DNA of 64,000 nucleotides from Malacoraja senta (Eukaryota): the NCBI GenBank assembly GCA_038087875.1, contig JAXLNO010000467.1, forward strand, positions 62,001-126,000. The letters run 5' to 3'. The first letter of the stretch is position 1; every line of letters starts with the position of its first letter. The position numbers and the translations under genes were made by a program. The notes beneath the pieces were generated by a model. It had not been told where the DNA came from. It did not search any database and worked only from the letters and a program-made list of their open reading frames with translations. Below are positions 36,581 to 49,685 of the stretch, piece by piece.

Positions 36581-37734
36581 TGTTGCATGGACGGCAGGGC
36601 TGTGCCCATGATGGACTGGGCTGATTCCACCGCTCTCTGCAGCGCCTTGCGTTCCTGTGTGTTGAAATTGCTGTGCCAGGCCACGATGCAATCTATTGTA
36701 TCCTAATTCACTGTACCTCAGTGAAACTGAACTGAACTGAGGAGCATTTCTACAGTGCATATATATATATACGTTTTAATATAAGGACCTAAAGATACTG
36801 GACCCTGGAGAAAAACACAGCGCTGGAGTAGCTCAGTGGGTCAGGCAGCATCTGTAGACCGAGTGGATAGATGGGTGACGCTTCCGGTTGGGAATGAAGA
36901 TGTATCCCGATCCAAAACATCACCTCTCTATTCCCTCCACAGGTGCTGCCTGAGTTATTCCGCATTTTGAGTTTTGTATAGGTTTATCAGAGTATTTGGT
37001 GACATGCCAAATATCTTTAAATCTCAAGGAAATGTCTCTGCTTTCATCTGTGTGCTGGGCTTTGGAAAGGTTCAGTGGGCCGAGCAGCCTATCTGCCCCT
37101 AATCTCTCTCGAGGCCCAAGGGGAGTCTGGCCTTAATGTACAATGGGTAGGGATGGAACAATGCAAACACAGATTCACATACACATACACAATGATACAA
37201 CTCCTTCATTGAACACTTGCACTCGGACCATCAAAGCCTTCTGGATCTCCCGGTTGCTAAACATTTTAACTCCCCTTCCCATTCCAAACCTGACCTCGAC
37301 CCAAAACGTCACCTATTCCTTTTCTCCAGAGATGCTGCCTGACCCGATGAGTTACTCCAGCATTTTGTGTCTATCTTCAATCCTTAACTGACCTTTCCGT
37401 CTCGGCCCTCCTCCATTGCCAGAGTGGGGCAATTTGCAAACTGGAGAAGCAGCCCCTCATATTCCATTTTGACAGCTTAAAACACAACAGTGTGGCGGTC
37501 ACTGGGGGGGTAAGTCACTCCTTGGATCACCCCCCTCGCCGAGTGAAGGACAGGGGACTGGTCTGCCACGGGGTTTACAGTCGACCCTGGATTTAGTGCT
37601 CTCGAGGTGTGTGGGTGGTGTGCTCTCGCTGTAAGCATTAAAGTCTACTAATTGAACCCGCCTGGCGTCTGGCCTTTTACTGACCTCGTTCAGGCCGCTA
37701 CACTGGTGACCCACGCCGTCTATCACGCGTCCTG

Positions 37735-38562
37735 ATGGAGAATAACGCCGTTGCGTTGAAGCTCCCTACTATGTGGACCGAAGAAGCTGGCACTTGGTTC
37801 CAGCAGGCAGAGGCACAGTTTGCTTTGAGAGGAATTACAGTAGATGAGACTAAGTATTATTCCGTGATTGGGGCGCTGGACCAAGCGACCGCAAGGAGAA
37901 TTAAGCCGTTCCTCAAGACCCCCCCGGTAACAAACAAATATAGCGGCCTGAAGGCATACCTTATCAGGAGGTTCGGCCTAGGTGACTCCGAGCGGGCAGC
38001 TCGGATTTTCAGAATGGAGGGGCTGGGCGACCGCCGGCCGTCCGACCTCCTGGAGGACATGCTAACACTAATGGGGGACCATGAACCTTGCTTTCTGTTT
38101 AAATATGCCTACCTGCAGCAGCTACCGCCCGACATCCGTATACAGCTCGCCAGGGATCCATTTACCGACATGCGGGAGCTGGGTGAACAAGCTGACGAAC
38201 TATGGATGAACCGCCATAAGGACCTGGATGCGCTGAACGTCTTTCCCGCGGCGTTTGGAGGCACAGAGCAGGTCGGGACCGCTATCGACCGCGTCTCCAC
38301 TGCTCCCAGTCGGGCCCCGCGGCAAAATCCGGCCGCCATTGCGCATTCCACTGCAGGCACGTCTTTCCAGTACGGCCAGCCTGCAGTTCCAGTTAACGCC
38401 AGCAGAGGTCGCTGGCGTCCAAACCAGCCAAATAGGTATGCAGATCCACAAGACACCAACAGAGGAGGTTGGTGCTCTTACCACCGTCGCTGGGGAGCTG
38501 CAGCCAGGAGATGTGTGCCACCCTGTTCATTCCCGGGAAACGAAAGGGCCGGTCGTCAGTGA
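37735..38562 (+). CDS. gag: Gypsy Gag (intact, 275 aa)
   Basis: N-terminus AVALKLP..W..Q.EAQFALRGIT.DETKY and CHCC knuckle WCSYHRRWGAAARRCVPPC. Confidence 0.9.
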   Translation: MENNAVALKLPTMWTEEAGTWFQQAEAQFALRGITVDETKYYSVIGALDQATARRIKPFLKTPPVTNKYSGLKAYLIRRFGLGDSERAARIFRMEGLGDRRPSDLLEDMLTLMGDHEPCFLFKYAYLQQLPPDIRIQLARDPFTDMRELGEQADELWMNRHKDLDALNVFPAAFGGTEQVGTAIDRVSTAPSRAPRQNPAAIAHSTAGTSFQYGQPAVPVNASRGRWRPNQPNRYADPQDTNRGGWCSYHRRWGAAARRCVPPCSFPGNERAGRQ

Positions 38563-41500
38563 TTCCTTCGGCAGCCGGCAAAATTCATTGCGTCTTCGCC
38601 TGGGATCGCCGCACTGGAGGTCGATTCCTCGTGGACACTGGTGCGGAAGTGAGCGTTCTGCCCCCCTCCATAACTGACATCCGGGCGGGTAAACGAGGGC
38701 CCCTCCTCACCGCGGCGAACGGGAGTGCTATCCGCACCTAGGGGATTCGCACCATCCCCCTCAACTTTGGCCGCAGCTCCTTTTCATGGAAGTTCGTAAT
38801 TGCTGACGTTTCCCAGCCGCTGCTGGGCGCCGACTTCCTCCGAGCTCATTCACTGCTCGTGGATGTCAAGCGGCGGCGCCTGATGCATTCTGTCACACTG
38901 GAGCCGGTGTTCCTCCGTATTGGTGATCCTGTATCACGCACTGATGGCTCACTATCGTCCGTGGATGCGACTTTCGCGCGCATCATGGCAGATTTTCCTG
39001 ACATCCTGGAACCCCACTTCCGCTCCTCCACCCCCAAGCACGGGGTGGAGCACCATATCTCTACTACCGGCCCGCCTGTGCACGCCCGGGCGCGTCGTCT
39101 GGCGCCAGACAAGCTACGGCTTGCTCGGCAGGGGTTCCGCCTGATGGAGGAGATGGGAATCGTGCGTCCCTCCGATAGCCCATGGGCGTCACCGCTCCAC
39201 ATGGTCCCCAAGGCAGACGGGGGCTGGCGCCCGTGTGGGGATTACCGTCGCCTGAATGATGCGACCGTCGCGGATAGGTACCCAGTCCCGCACATTCAGG
39301 ACTTCAATGCCCATCTAGCCGGAGCATCCATATTCTCCAAGGTGGATCTCGGACGAGGATATAATCAAATTCCGGTTCGCCCCGATGATATTCCGAAGAC
39401 GGCCATTATTACACCATTTGGTCTATTCGAATTTGTAAGGATGCCGTTTGGGTTAAAAAACGCTGCGCAGGCCTTTCAGCGGCTTATGGACTGTGTGTGC
39501 CGCGGCCTGGATTTCGTCTTTGTGTACTTAAATGACATACTCGTGGCTAGTCACCCGCGGCAGGAGCACTGCATCCACCTCCGTCAGCTGTGTCAGCGCC
39601 ATCAACGCGTCCAAATGCCGTTTCGGGGTGACGTCTATCGACTTCCTCGGCCACCGCGTGATTCCACAAGGGGTGGTGCCTCTGCCGGTCAAGGTGGACG
39701 CTATCCGCAGGTTCCCCCGTCCGACCACAGTTAGGGGCCTACAAGAATTCGTGGGGATGGTCACTTTCTATCACCGCTTCCTGCCGGCAGCGGCCGCAGT
39801 CATGTGTCCGCTGTTCCAGCTGATTGCTGGTCATCGCAGGGAGGTTGAGTGGTCCGCGGAAGCATCAGCGGCTTTTGAAAGGGCTAAGCAGGCACTGGCT
39901 GAATCCACCATGCTCGTCCACCCACGGGAGAACGTCCCGCCGCCTTGACGGTAGACGCTTCTGAGATTGCGGTTGGGGCAGTGTTGGAGCAGTTCGTCGA
40001 TGGATACTGGCGGCCACTCGCCTTCTTCAGCAGGCATCTCAGTGGTGCTCAACGCCGTTACAGTGCATTTGACCGCGAGCTCCTTGCCCTATATCTCGTT
40101 GTACGCCATTTCCGTTATTTCCTGGAGGGGAGGCTGTTTACTGTGTTTACGGACCACAAGCCGTTAACCTTCGCGTTCGCCAAGGTTTCAGACCCGTGGT
40201 CTGCCCGGCAGCAGAGGCAGTTGGCGTATGTGTCCGAATACACAACCTCCATCCGGTTCGTTGAGGGCAAATTCAACAGAGTGGCCGATGCCTTATCTAG
40301 ACCTGCAGTCAACGCGGTTCTCCAAGTCGCCGAGGGGATCAATTATTCCGCCCTAGCAGCCGCTCAGTTGGTCGACGAGGAGATGTCCGCTTATCGTACG
40401 GCAGTTTCGGGCCTGAAGTTGGAGGACGTTGTCTGTGGTCCTGGGGGTGCAAAGCTGCTGTGCGATGTCTCCTCTGGGGTTCCGCGACCCATTGTCCCCA
40501 TCGCCCGGCGGCGCAGGGTGTTTGAGGTGCTCCATGGGCTTGCGCATCCCTCCATCCGGGCGACAACGGCCCTGGTGGCCTCCCGTTTCATGAGGCACGG
40601 ACTGCGGAAGGGGGTTGGACACTGGGCGCGCACCTGCATCTCGTGCCAGACCGCCAAGGTGCAACGACACGTGCGCGCGCCGTTGCAGGAGTTCCCCATT
40701 CCAAGGCAGCGTTTCGACCACATTCACGTGGACATCGTGGGGCCGCTGCCATCGTCCCAGGGCATGACCTACCTATTCACCGTTGTGGACCGCTTCACGC
40801 GGTGGTCTGAAGCCATCCCGCTACCGAATTCTGCAACGTCTACTTGCGCTCGAGCCTTGGTGGCGCATTGGATCGCCAGGTTCGGAGTACCACTGGACAT
40901 AACTTCGGACCGGGGGCCTCAGTTCACGTCGGAGCTGTGGGCGGCCATGGCACGTCTCCTGTGTGTTCGTCTGCACCACACGACGGCATACCACCCGCAG
41001 GCGAACGGCTTGGTGGAGCGGTTTCACCGTCAACTTAAGGACGCCCTGAAGGCACGGCTCAAGGATCCGGACTGGGTGGACTATCTGCCGTGGGTTTTGC
41101 TGGGGATCGGCACCGCACCCAAAGAGGACGTGGCCTCCTCCTCCGCCGAGTTGGTATATGGGTCTCCGTTGACGGTGCCGGGGGAATTCATTCATTCGGA
41201 CGCTCTGCAACGTCTTCGGCACACGGTGGGCAAGTTGGCGCCGGTGCCAACGTCTCGTCATGGGTCTTTCCGTCCCCATGTTCCGCCTGCCCTGGTGGAC
41301 TGCCAGTTCGTTTTTCTGCGCAGGGATGCGCATCGGGCACCTCTCCAGCGGCCGTACGAGGGTCCCTTTCGGGTACTGGAACATGGCTCATCCTCTTTCG
41401 TCCTGGACATGGGGGGTCGGCATGAGACTCTTTCAGTTGCGCGGTTGAAGCCAGCACATATTGATATCGATCAGACGGTGTTGGTAGCGCGGCCTCGTAA

Positions 41501-41684
41501 GCGAGGGCGGCCTCTGTCTAGGGTACCTCGTCTGGTTACTCGGTCCCATGCACCTGTTGGTCAGTTGCCTGTTCCGGGGCAGGGCATGGTGTGTACCCGC
41601 GCTGGCCGCCGTGTACGGCCTCCTGTCCGTTTCGTGTCTCGGGTACTTGGGGGGGGGGGTCATGTGGCGGTCCCTGGGGGGTAA
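38541..41684 (+). pseudogene. pol: Gypsy Pol (PR-RT-RNaseH-IN), lightly disrupted
   Basis: FLVDTGAEVS; stop at 38739-38741; [25 protein letters not shown] in place of YLDD; frameshifts near 39600 and 39945; TVDAS, TDHKPL, HHCC, and D-D-E motifs (VDIVG, SDRG, LVERF); PYEGPF. Confidence 0.92.
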
Positions 41685-41874
41685 GCCACTCCTTGGATCA
41701 TCCCCCTCGCTGAGTGAAGGACAGGGGACTGGTCTGCCACGGGGTTTCCAGTCGACCCTGGATTTAGTGCTCTCGAGGTGTGTGGTGTGGTGTGCTCTCG
41801 TTGTAAGCATTAAAGTCTGCTAATTGAACCCGTCTGGCGTCTGGCCTTTTACTGACCTCGTTCAGGCCGCTACA

Positions 41875-44800
41875 ACTGCATGGATGAACTACAAAAAATG
41901 TTCATCCCAGTTTGGCATAAGAATAAATCAGGGAAGGTAGTGCATCCGTGGATAACAAGGGAAATCAGGGATGGTATCAAAGCGAAGGATGATGCGTACA
42001 AATTAGCCAGAAAAAGCAGCATACCGGAGGACTGAGAGAAATTCAGAGACCAGCAGAGGAGGACAAAGGGCTTAATTAGGAAAGGAAAAATAGATTATGA
42101 AAGAAAACTGGCAGGGAACCTAAAAACTGACGGCAAAAGTTTTTATAGATAAGTGAAAAGAAAGAGATTAGTTAAAACAAATGTAGGTCCCTTGCAGTCA
42201 GAAACAGGTGAGTTGATCATGGGGAAGAAGGATATGGCGGACCAATTGAATAACTAGTTTGGTTCCGTCTTTACTCAGGAAGACATAAATAATCTGCCGG
42301 AAATAGCAGGGGCTATGACAGAAATATTTCAAATGTCATTAGAAACGGGAATAGTGCCGGAGGATTGGCGTACTGCGCATGTTGTTCCGTTGTTTAAAAA
42401 GGGTTCGAAGAGTAAACCTAGCAATTATAGACCTGTTAGTTTGACGTCAGTGGTGGGCAAATTAATGGAAAGGATACTTAAAGATAATATATATAAGCAT
42501 CTGGATAAGCAGGGTCTGATTAGGAACAGTCAACATGGATTTGTGCCTGGAAGGTCATGCTTGACTAATCTTCTTGAATTTTTCGAAGAGGTTACTAGGG
42601 AAATTGATGAGGGTAAAGCAGTGGATGTTGTCTATATGGACTTCAGTAAGGCCTTTGACAAGGTTCCTCATGGAAGGTTGGTTAAGAAGATTCAATTGTT
42701 GGTTATTAATGGTGGAGTAGCAAGATGGATTCAACAGTGGCTGAATGGGAGATGCCAGAGAGTAATGGTGGATGGCTGTTTGTCAGGTTGGAGGCCGGTG
42801 ACTAGTGGGGTGCCTCAGGGGTCCGTGTTGGGTCCACTGTTGTTTGTCATGTACATCAATGATCTGGATGAAGGTGTGGAAAATTGGATTAGTAAGTATG
42901 CAGATGATACTAAGATAGGTGGTGTTGTGGATAATGAAGTAGATTTTCAAAGTCTACAGAGAGATTTAGGCCATTTGGAAGAGGGGGCTGAAAGATGGCA
43001 GATGGAGTTTAATGCTGACAAATGTGAGGTGCTACATCTCGGCAGGACAAATCAAAATAGGACGTAAATGGTAAATGGTAGCGAATTGAGGAATGCAGTT
43101 GAACAGAGGGATCTAGGAATAACTGTACATAGTTCCCTGAAGGTGGGATCTCATGTAGATAGGGTGGTAAAGAAAGCTTTTGGTGTGCTGGCCTTTATAA
43201 ATCAGAGCATTGAATATAGAAGTTGGGATGTAATGTTAAAATTGTACAAGGCATTGGTGAGGCCAATTCTGGAGTATGGAGTACAATTTTGGTCGCCTAA
43301 TTATAGGAAGGATGTCAACAAAATAGAGAGAGTACAGAGGAGATTTACTAGAATGTTGCCTGGGTTTCAGCAACTAAGTTACAGAGAAAGGTTGAACAAG
43401 TTAGGTCTTTATTCTTTGGAGCGCAGAAGGTTAAGAGGGGACTTGATAGAGGTCTTTAAAATTATGAGCGGGTTAGACAGAGTGGACGTGGATAAGCTTT
43501 TCCCATTGAGAGTAGGGAAGATTCAAACAAGGGGACATGACTTGAGAATTAAGGGACAGAAGTTTAGGGGGAACATTAGGGGGAACTTCTTTACTCAGAG
43601 AGCGGTAGCTGTGTGGAATGAGCCTCCAGTGGAAGTGGTGGAGGCAGGTTCGATGTTATCCTTTAAAAATAGATTGGATGGGTATATGGACGGGAAAGGA
43701 ATGGAGGGTTATGGTCTGAGTGCAGGTAGATGGGACTAGGGGGAAGTATTTTATTTTTAATTAAAAAAAAAAAAAAAAAAAAGATTTAAATGTTCGGCAC
43801 GGACTTGAAGGGCCGAGATGGCCTGTTTCCGTGCTGTTATGGTTATATGGTTATATGGTTATATGGGACCGCGGGTCAAAGGAGTCGGCGGAATTGAGTG
43901 AAATCCAGGTTAGTCGGGAAGTGGTGTTGGGTAAATTGAATGGATTAAAGGCCGATAAATCCCCAGGGCCAGATAGGCTGCATCCCAGAGTACTTAAGGA
44001 AGTAGCTCCAGAAATAGTGGATGCATTAGTAATAATCTTTCAAAACTCTTTAGATTCTGGAGTAGTTCCTGAGGATTGTCGGGTAGCATACGTAACCCCA
44101 CTTTTTAAGAAGGGAGGGAGAGAGAAAACGGGGAATTACAGACCAGCTAGTCTAAAATCGGTAGTGGGGAAACTGCTAGAGTCAGTTCTTAAAGATGGGA
44201 TAGTAGCACATTTGAAAGTGCTGAAATCATTGGACAAAGTCAGCATGGATTTACGAAAGGTAAATCATGTCTGACGAATCTTATAGAATTTTTCGAGGAT
44301 GTAACTAGTAGCGTGGATAGGGGAGAACCAGTGGATGTGGTGTATCTGGACTTCCAGAAGGCTTTCGACAAGGTCCCACATAAGAGATTAGTATACAAAC
44401 TTAAAGCACATGGCATTGGGAGTTCAGTATTGATGTGGATAGAGAACTGGCTGGCAAACAGGAAGCAAAGAGTAGGAGTAAACGGGTCATTTTCACAATG
44501 GCAGGCAGTGACGAGTGGGGTACCGCAAAGCTCAGTGCTGGGACCCCAGCTATTTACAATATACATTAATGATCCGGATGAGGGAATTGAAGGCAATATC
44601 TCCAAGTTTGCAGATGACACTAAGCTGGGGGGCAGTGTTAGCTGTGAGGAGGATGCTAGGAGACTGCAAGGTGACTTGGATAGGCTGGGTGAGTGGGCAA
44701 ATGTTTGGCAGATGCAGTATAATGTGGATAAATGTGAGGTTATCCATTATGTTGGCAAAAACAGGAAAGCAGACTATTATCTAAATGGTGGCCGACTAGG

Positions 44801-45548
44801 AAAATGGGAGATGCAGCGAGACCTGGGTGTCATGGTACACCAGTCATTGAAAGTAGGCATGCAGGTGCAGCAGGCAGTGAAGAAAGCGAATGGTATGTTA
44901 GCTTTCATAGCAAAATGATTTGAGTATAGGTGCAGGGACGTTCTACTGCAATTGTACAGGGTCTTGGTGAGACCACACCTGGAGTATTGCGTACAGTTTT
45001 GGTCTCCAAATCTGAGGATGGACATTATTGCCATAGAGGGAGTACAGAGAAGGTTCACCAGACTGATTCCTGGGATGTCAGGACTGTGTTATGAAGAAAG
45101 ACTGGATAGACTTGATTTATACTCTCTAGAATTTAGGAGATTGAGAGGGGATCTTATAGAAACTTACAAAATTCTTAAGAGGTTGGACAGGCTAGATGCA
45201 GGAAGATTGCTCCCGATGTTGAGGAAGTGCAGCACAAGGGGTCACAGCTTAAAGATAAGGGGGAAATCCTTTAAAACCGAGATGAGAAGAACTTTTTTCA
45301 CACAGAGTGATGAATCTCTGGAACTCTCTGCCACAGAAGTTAGTTGAGGCCAGTTCATTGGCTATATTTAAGAGGGAGTTAGATGTGGCCCTTGTGGCTA
45401 AAGGGATCAGAGGGTATGGAGAGAAGGCAGGTACGGGATACTGAGTTGGATGATCAGCCATGATCATATTGAATGGCGGTGCGGGCTCGAAGGGCCAAAT
45501 GGCCTACTCCTGCACCTAATTTCTATGTTTCTATGTCTATGTTTCTAT
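41875..45548 (+). mobile_element. CR1 LINE interrupted at ~42312 by a second CR1
   Basis: GAAATAGCAGGGG at 42300-42312 resumes as GGGACCGCGGG at ~43865. RT motifs present. Tail (TTTCTATG)n. Confidence 0.92.
42313..43864 (+). mobile_element. Nested young CR1 of another subfamily
   Basis: ORFs 42315..43067 and 43068..43739 share a frame and are separated by a single TAA. YADDTK motif and (TTATATGG)n tail. Confidence 0.93.
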
Positions 45549-45711
45549 GTGTGACCTTCTTCCCATGATGCATGCCGCCACCCACATGACACTGCGCAAT
45601 AGCAGGGGCCATGACGTCAGGTCGCCATGCGTGCGGACGTCACGGCGCAGAGTGGCTCACGTACGGGCGGGACGCTCAGCTGCAGACGATGCGCGACGTC
45701 CTCCCGCCGCC

Positions 45712-46010
45712 AGGGGCGCTGCAGCCGGAGGCCCATAGGCGCTGTACCGCGGCCTTCAACCGACAGGGGTCGCTGCAGCCGGAGGACCAGAGGGCGCTGC
45801 ACCGCGGCCTTCAACCGACAGGGGTCGCTGCAGCCGGAGGACCAGAGGGCGCTGCACCGCGGCCTTCAACCGACAAGGGTCGCTGCAGCCGGAGGACCAG
45901 AGGGCGCTGCACCGCGGCCTTCAACCGACAAGGGGCGCTGCAGCCGGAGGACCAGAGGGCGCTGCACCGCGGCCTTCAACCGACAGGGGCCCTGCAGCCG
46001 GAGGACCAGT
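45712..46010. repeat. 55-bp GC-rich minisatellite, ~5.5 copies
   Basis: CGCTGCAGCCGGAGGACCAGAGGGCGCTGCACCGCGGCCTTCAACCGACAGGGGT at 45771, 45826, 45881 and onward. Confidence 0.93.
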
Positions 46011-46154
46011 GGGCGCGCAGACCAAAGTAAAGATCCTGTAGCGAGCTGTGGGATCACAATAGGATGTTTGGATGTAAGTATCTTTGTCCTTTTCCCTTCC
46101 CCACTCACTCACACCCCCCCCGCTCCCCACCGCCCGCCCGCCCGCCCGCCCGCC

Positions 46155-47000
46155 CGGGTGAGTGGGCAGATGCATGGCAGATGCAGTTTAATGTGGATAA
46201 ATGTGAGGTCATCCACTTTAGTAGCAAAACCAGGAAGACAGAATACTATCTAAATGGTGTCAATTTGGGAAAATGGGAAGTGCAACGGGATCTGGGGTTC
46301 CTTGCTCATCAGTCAATGAAAATAAACATGCAGGTACAGCAGGCAGTGAAGAAAGTGAATGGCATGTTGGCCTTCATAACAAGAGGAGTTGAGTATAGGA
46401 GCAAAGAGGTCCTTCTGCAGTTGTACAGGGCCCTAGTCAGACCATTGTGTACAGTATTGGTCCCCTAATTTGAGGAAGGACATCCGTGCTATTGAGGGAG
46501 TGCAGGGTAGGTTTACAAGGTTAATTCCCGGGATGGCGGGACTGTCATATGCTGAGAGAATGGAGCGGCTGGGCTTGTACACTCTAGAGTTTAGAAGGAT
46601 GAGAGGAGATCTTATTGAAATATATAAGATTATATAGGGTTTGGACACGCTAGAGGCAGGAAACATGTTCCCAATGTTGGGGGAGTCCAGAACCAGGGGC
46701 CGCAGTTTGTGAATAAGGTGTAAGCCATGTAGAACGGAGACGATGAATCACTTCTTCACACAGAGAGTTATGAATTCTGTGGAATTCTCTACATCAGAGA
46801 GCTGTGGAGGCTGGTGCTCTGGATGCTTTCAAGAGAGAGCTAGATAGGGCTCTTAAAGATGGTGGAGCCAGGGGATATGGGGAGAAGGCAGGAACTAGGT
46901 ACTGATTGAGGATGATCAGCCATGATCTCATTGAATGGCGGTGCTGGTTCGAAGGGCCAAATGGCCTTCTCCTGCACCTATTGCCTATTGTCTATTGTCA
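46155..47000 (+). mobile_element. CR1 3' fragment
   Basis: GEWADAWQMQFNVDKCEVIHF onward, with a (CTATTGT)n tail. Confidence 0.9.
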
Positions 47001-48957
47001 ATTGGCTCATCCCTGGATTGCGACTGAGTTCTTTTCCCGGGAGCTCTTTGTAACAAGAACGGTTTGCAAATGGGAAATGCCGAGGTAAGGACCGATTTCT
47101 CACTTGGTAGAAGATGGCTCCTGTCCCATAGCAACGGCCAAATGCATCTGCTGAGCTCCCAAACTCTCTATTGGATGGATGGGCCGTACATAAAGAGGGT
47201 GACCACGCAGTGGGGATGATATGTATCTAAATATAGAGCAGACAAAATGTATAGGAAAAAACAGCAGATGTTGATTTACACCAATGATAGACTCAAAATG
47301 CTGGAGTAACTTAGCGGGACAGGCGGAATCTCTGGATAGAAGGAATGGGTGATGTTTTGCGCCTATCTTCATTGTAAACCAGCATCTGCAGTCCTTATAT
47401 CACCCTCTCTATCTCTCGTTTGCCTCACCCCTGACTCTCAGTCTGAAGAAGGGTCTTGACCCATAACGTCACCTACTCCAGCATTTTGTGACTATCTTAA
47501 ATGTAGAGCAAGATGAAAGAGAGACCAGAATAAGATGCAATGTCAAATTACCATCTACAGGGGATCAGTTCTTCTCATTATGGTGGTGTTTAGTTTGTGC
47601 CCAGTCTGCATTGGAGAATTATATGTGTAGGCTTATTATTGTCACGTGGACTGAGATAAAGTGAAAAGCTTTGTTTTCAAAGGTTTCAAAGGTCTTTTAT
47701 TGTCACCTGTACCAATTAAGGTACAGTGATATTCGAATTACCAATTCGAAGTACAAAAAAAGTAACAAGACACACAACTACATAAAAGTTACCATAAACA
47801 TCCACCACAACGGATTCCTCGCTATGATGGAAGGCAATAAAGTCTAACCTTCTTCCCTCATTTTTCTCCTCCAGTCGGGGCAGATGATCCATCTGTCGGG
47901 GCAATTGGAGCTCCCGCAACCGGCGGTCGAAGCCCCCGCGTCGGGGCGATCCAAGCTCCAGCGTCGGGGCAATTCAAGCTCCCGCGTCGGGGCGCTCCAA
48001 GCGCCCGCAGCCTGCGGTCGAAATATGGTGAAGCATCCCAGGCCGTGAGTAGAATAAAATAACACTGCATCTGGTTAACCCAGAGAACACGGTCCCTCAT
48101 TGACGTGTGGGAAGGAGCAGAACTGCAGATGCTGGTTTGAACCAAAGATAGACACAAAATCTGGAATATCTCAGTGGGTCAGGCAGCATCTGTGGAGAAA
48201 AGGAATGGGTGACGTTTAGGGTCGAGACCCTTCTTCAGACTGAGAGTCAGGGGTGAGGGAAACGAGAGACATGGAATACATTTGAAAGCAGACGATGATC
48301 AAGGAATAGTAGATTGGGTCAATCGAAGGTAGACATAAAATGCTGGAGTAACTCAGCGGGACAGACAGCATCTCTGGAGAGAAGGAGTGGGTGACATTTC
48401 GGGTCGGGACCCTTCTGCAGACAAGAATGGTTCATTGTTGGCAGGGGAGAAGATGACAACAAGCATTCAATCAGTAAAAACTAATCAGGACAGTGTAATC
48501 AAACCCGAAACGTCACCTGCCCCTTTCGCCAGGGATGCTGTCAGTCCCACTGAGTTCCTCCAGCCTTTTGTGTCTATCTTCGGTTTTTCATTGATCTTTG
48601 ACATTGCCCTCCAGGGTGAATAGAGCTTTTGGTATACAGGCCTTGTTTTCTCAAGACCATATGATGGTGGGGAGGTCAGTACCCGTGATGGACAGGGCAG
48701 TGTCCATCACCTTTTATAATCTCCTTCTTACCTGGGCTTTCGAGTTGCCGAACCTGGCCGTGATGCAACCAGTCAAATGTACAGATCCACCACCGAATTT
48801 CCTGCACCCTTGGTTCCAGAGCCTTTCTGGATTATCCTTTTTGCAGAACAAAAAGAGGTTATGGTCTCGAGGGGAGTTCAATGGTACTGGAACGGTCCAC
48901 CTAGGCCGCCGGTGGGGCTGAGATATCGGGCCCGCAAAGTTGGCCGTGGAACTGGGG

Positions 48958-49157
48958 NNNNNNNNNNNNNNNNNNNNNNNNNNNNNNNNNNNNNNNNNNN
49001 NNNNNNNNNNNNNNNNNNNNNNNNNNNNNNNNNNNNNNNNNNNNNNNNNNNNNNNNNNNNNNNNNNNNNNNNNNNNNNNNNNNNNNNNNNNNNNNNNNNN
49101 NNNNNNNNNNNNNNNNNNNNNNNNNNNNNNNNNNNNNNNNNNNNNNNNNNNNNNNNN
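48958..49157. other. Assembly gap (200 N)
   Basis: Run of N. Confidence 0.99.
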
Positions 49158-49685
49158 CTCACCCTACTCTCTCCCTACTCCCCCTCCTCCCTCTCCTCTC
49201 TCTTTTCTCACTCGTCTCTCCTGAACTCTCTCCTCACTCTCTCTTCCACAGAGAGTGGAGAGTGATGCGGAGGAGCGAGAGAGAGAATGGGCGAGGGAGA
49301 GCGTGGGGAGAGAGAGAGAGAGAGAGAGGGGGAGTGAGGGAGAGAGACGGGGTGAGGGAGGGAGGGAGAGAGAGGCGGAGGGAGATCTTGGATCTAGAAC
49401 ACAAAGTCCTGGAGATCCTGATCTAGCACCAGGTTCCAGAACAGGTCCTCTGACATCACCTGTTGCTAAGGGGAGGTGGGGGACCTCTGGATTGGTCGCT
49501 GTGTACCCCCATACAGCATCATCTGTTGTCGGGGGGAAGGGGGCTACTGATTAGCCGAAGGGGAAGCGGAAGATCCATTGCGATTGGCTGCCGCACCCCA
49601 TCGTGACGTCACCTGTTGCCGGGGGGGTGGGGGAGCCTGGAGCGGAGAGACTGTGGCCGCCCGCCCGCCTCTGGGATGGATGCGC

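Larger units (their letters stand above)
37491..41874 (+). mobile_element. Ty3/Gypsy LTR retrotransposon, CsRN1-like clade, full length
   Basis: 212-bp LTRs TGTGGCGG..CCGCTACA at 37491-37702 and 41663-41874. PBS TGGTGACCC (tRNA-Trp-like), G-rich PPT, and domain order gag-PR-RT-RH-IN. Confidence 0.95.

Noticed and set aside
39945..41684. Standalone 579-aa integrase gene or domesticated protein
   Set aside because: It is the RNaseH-IN part of the frameshifted Gypsy pol between LTRs.
48777..49265. ORFs spanning the N run
   Set aside because: Artefacts of the assembly gap.
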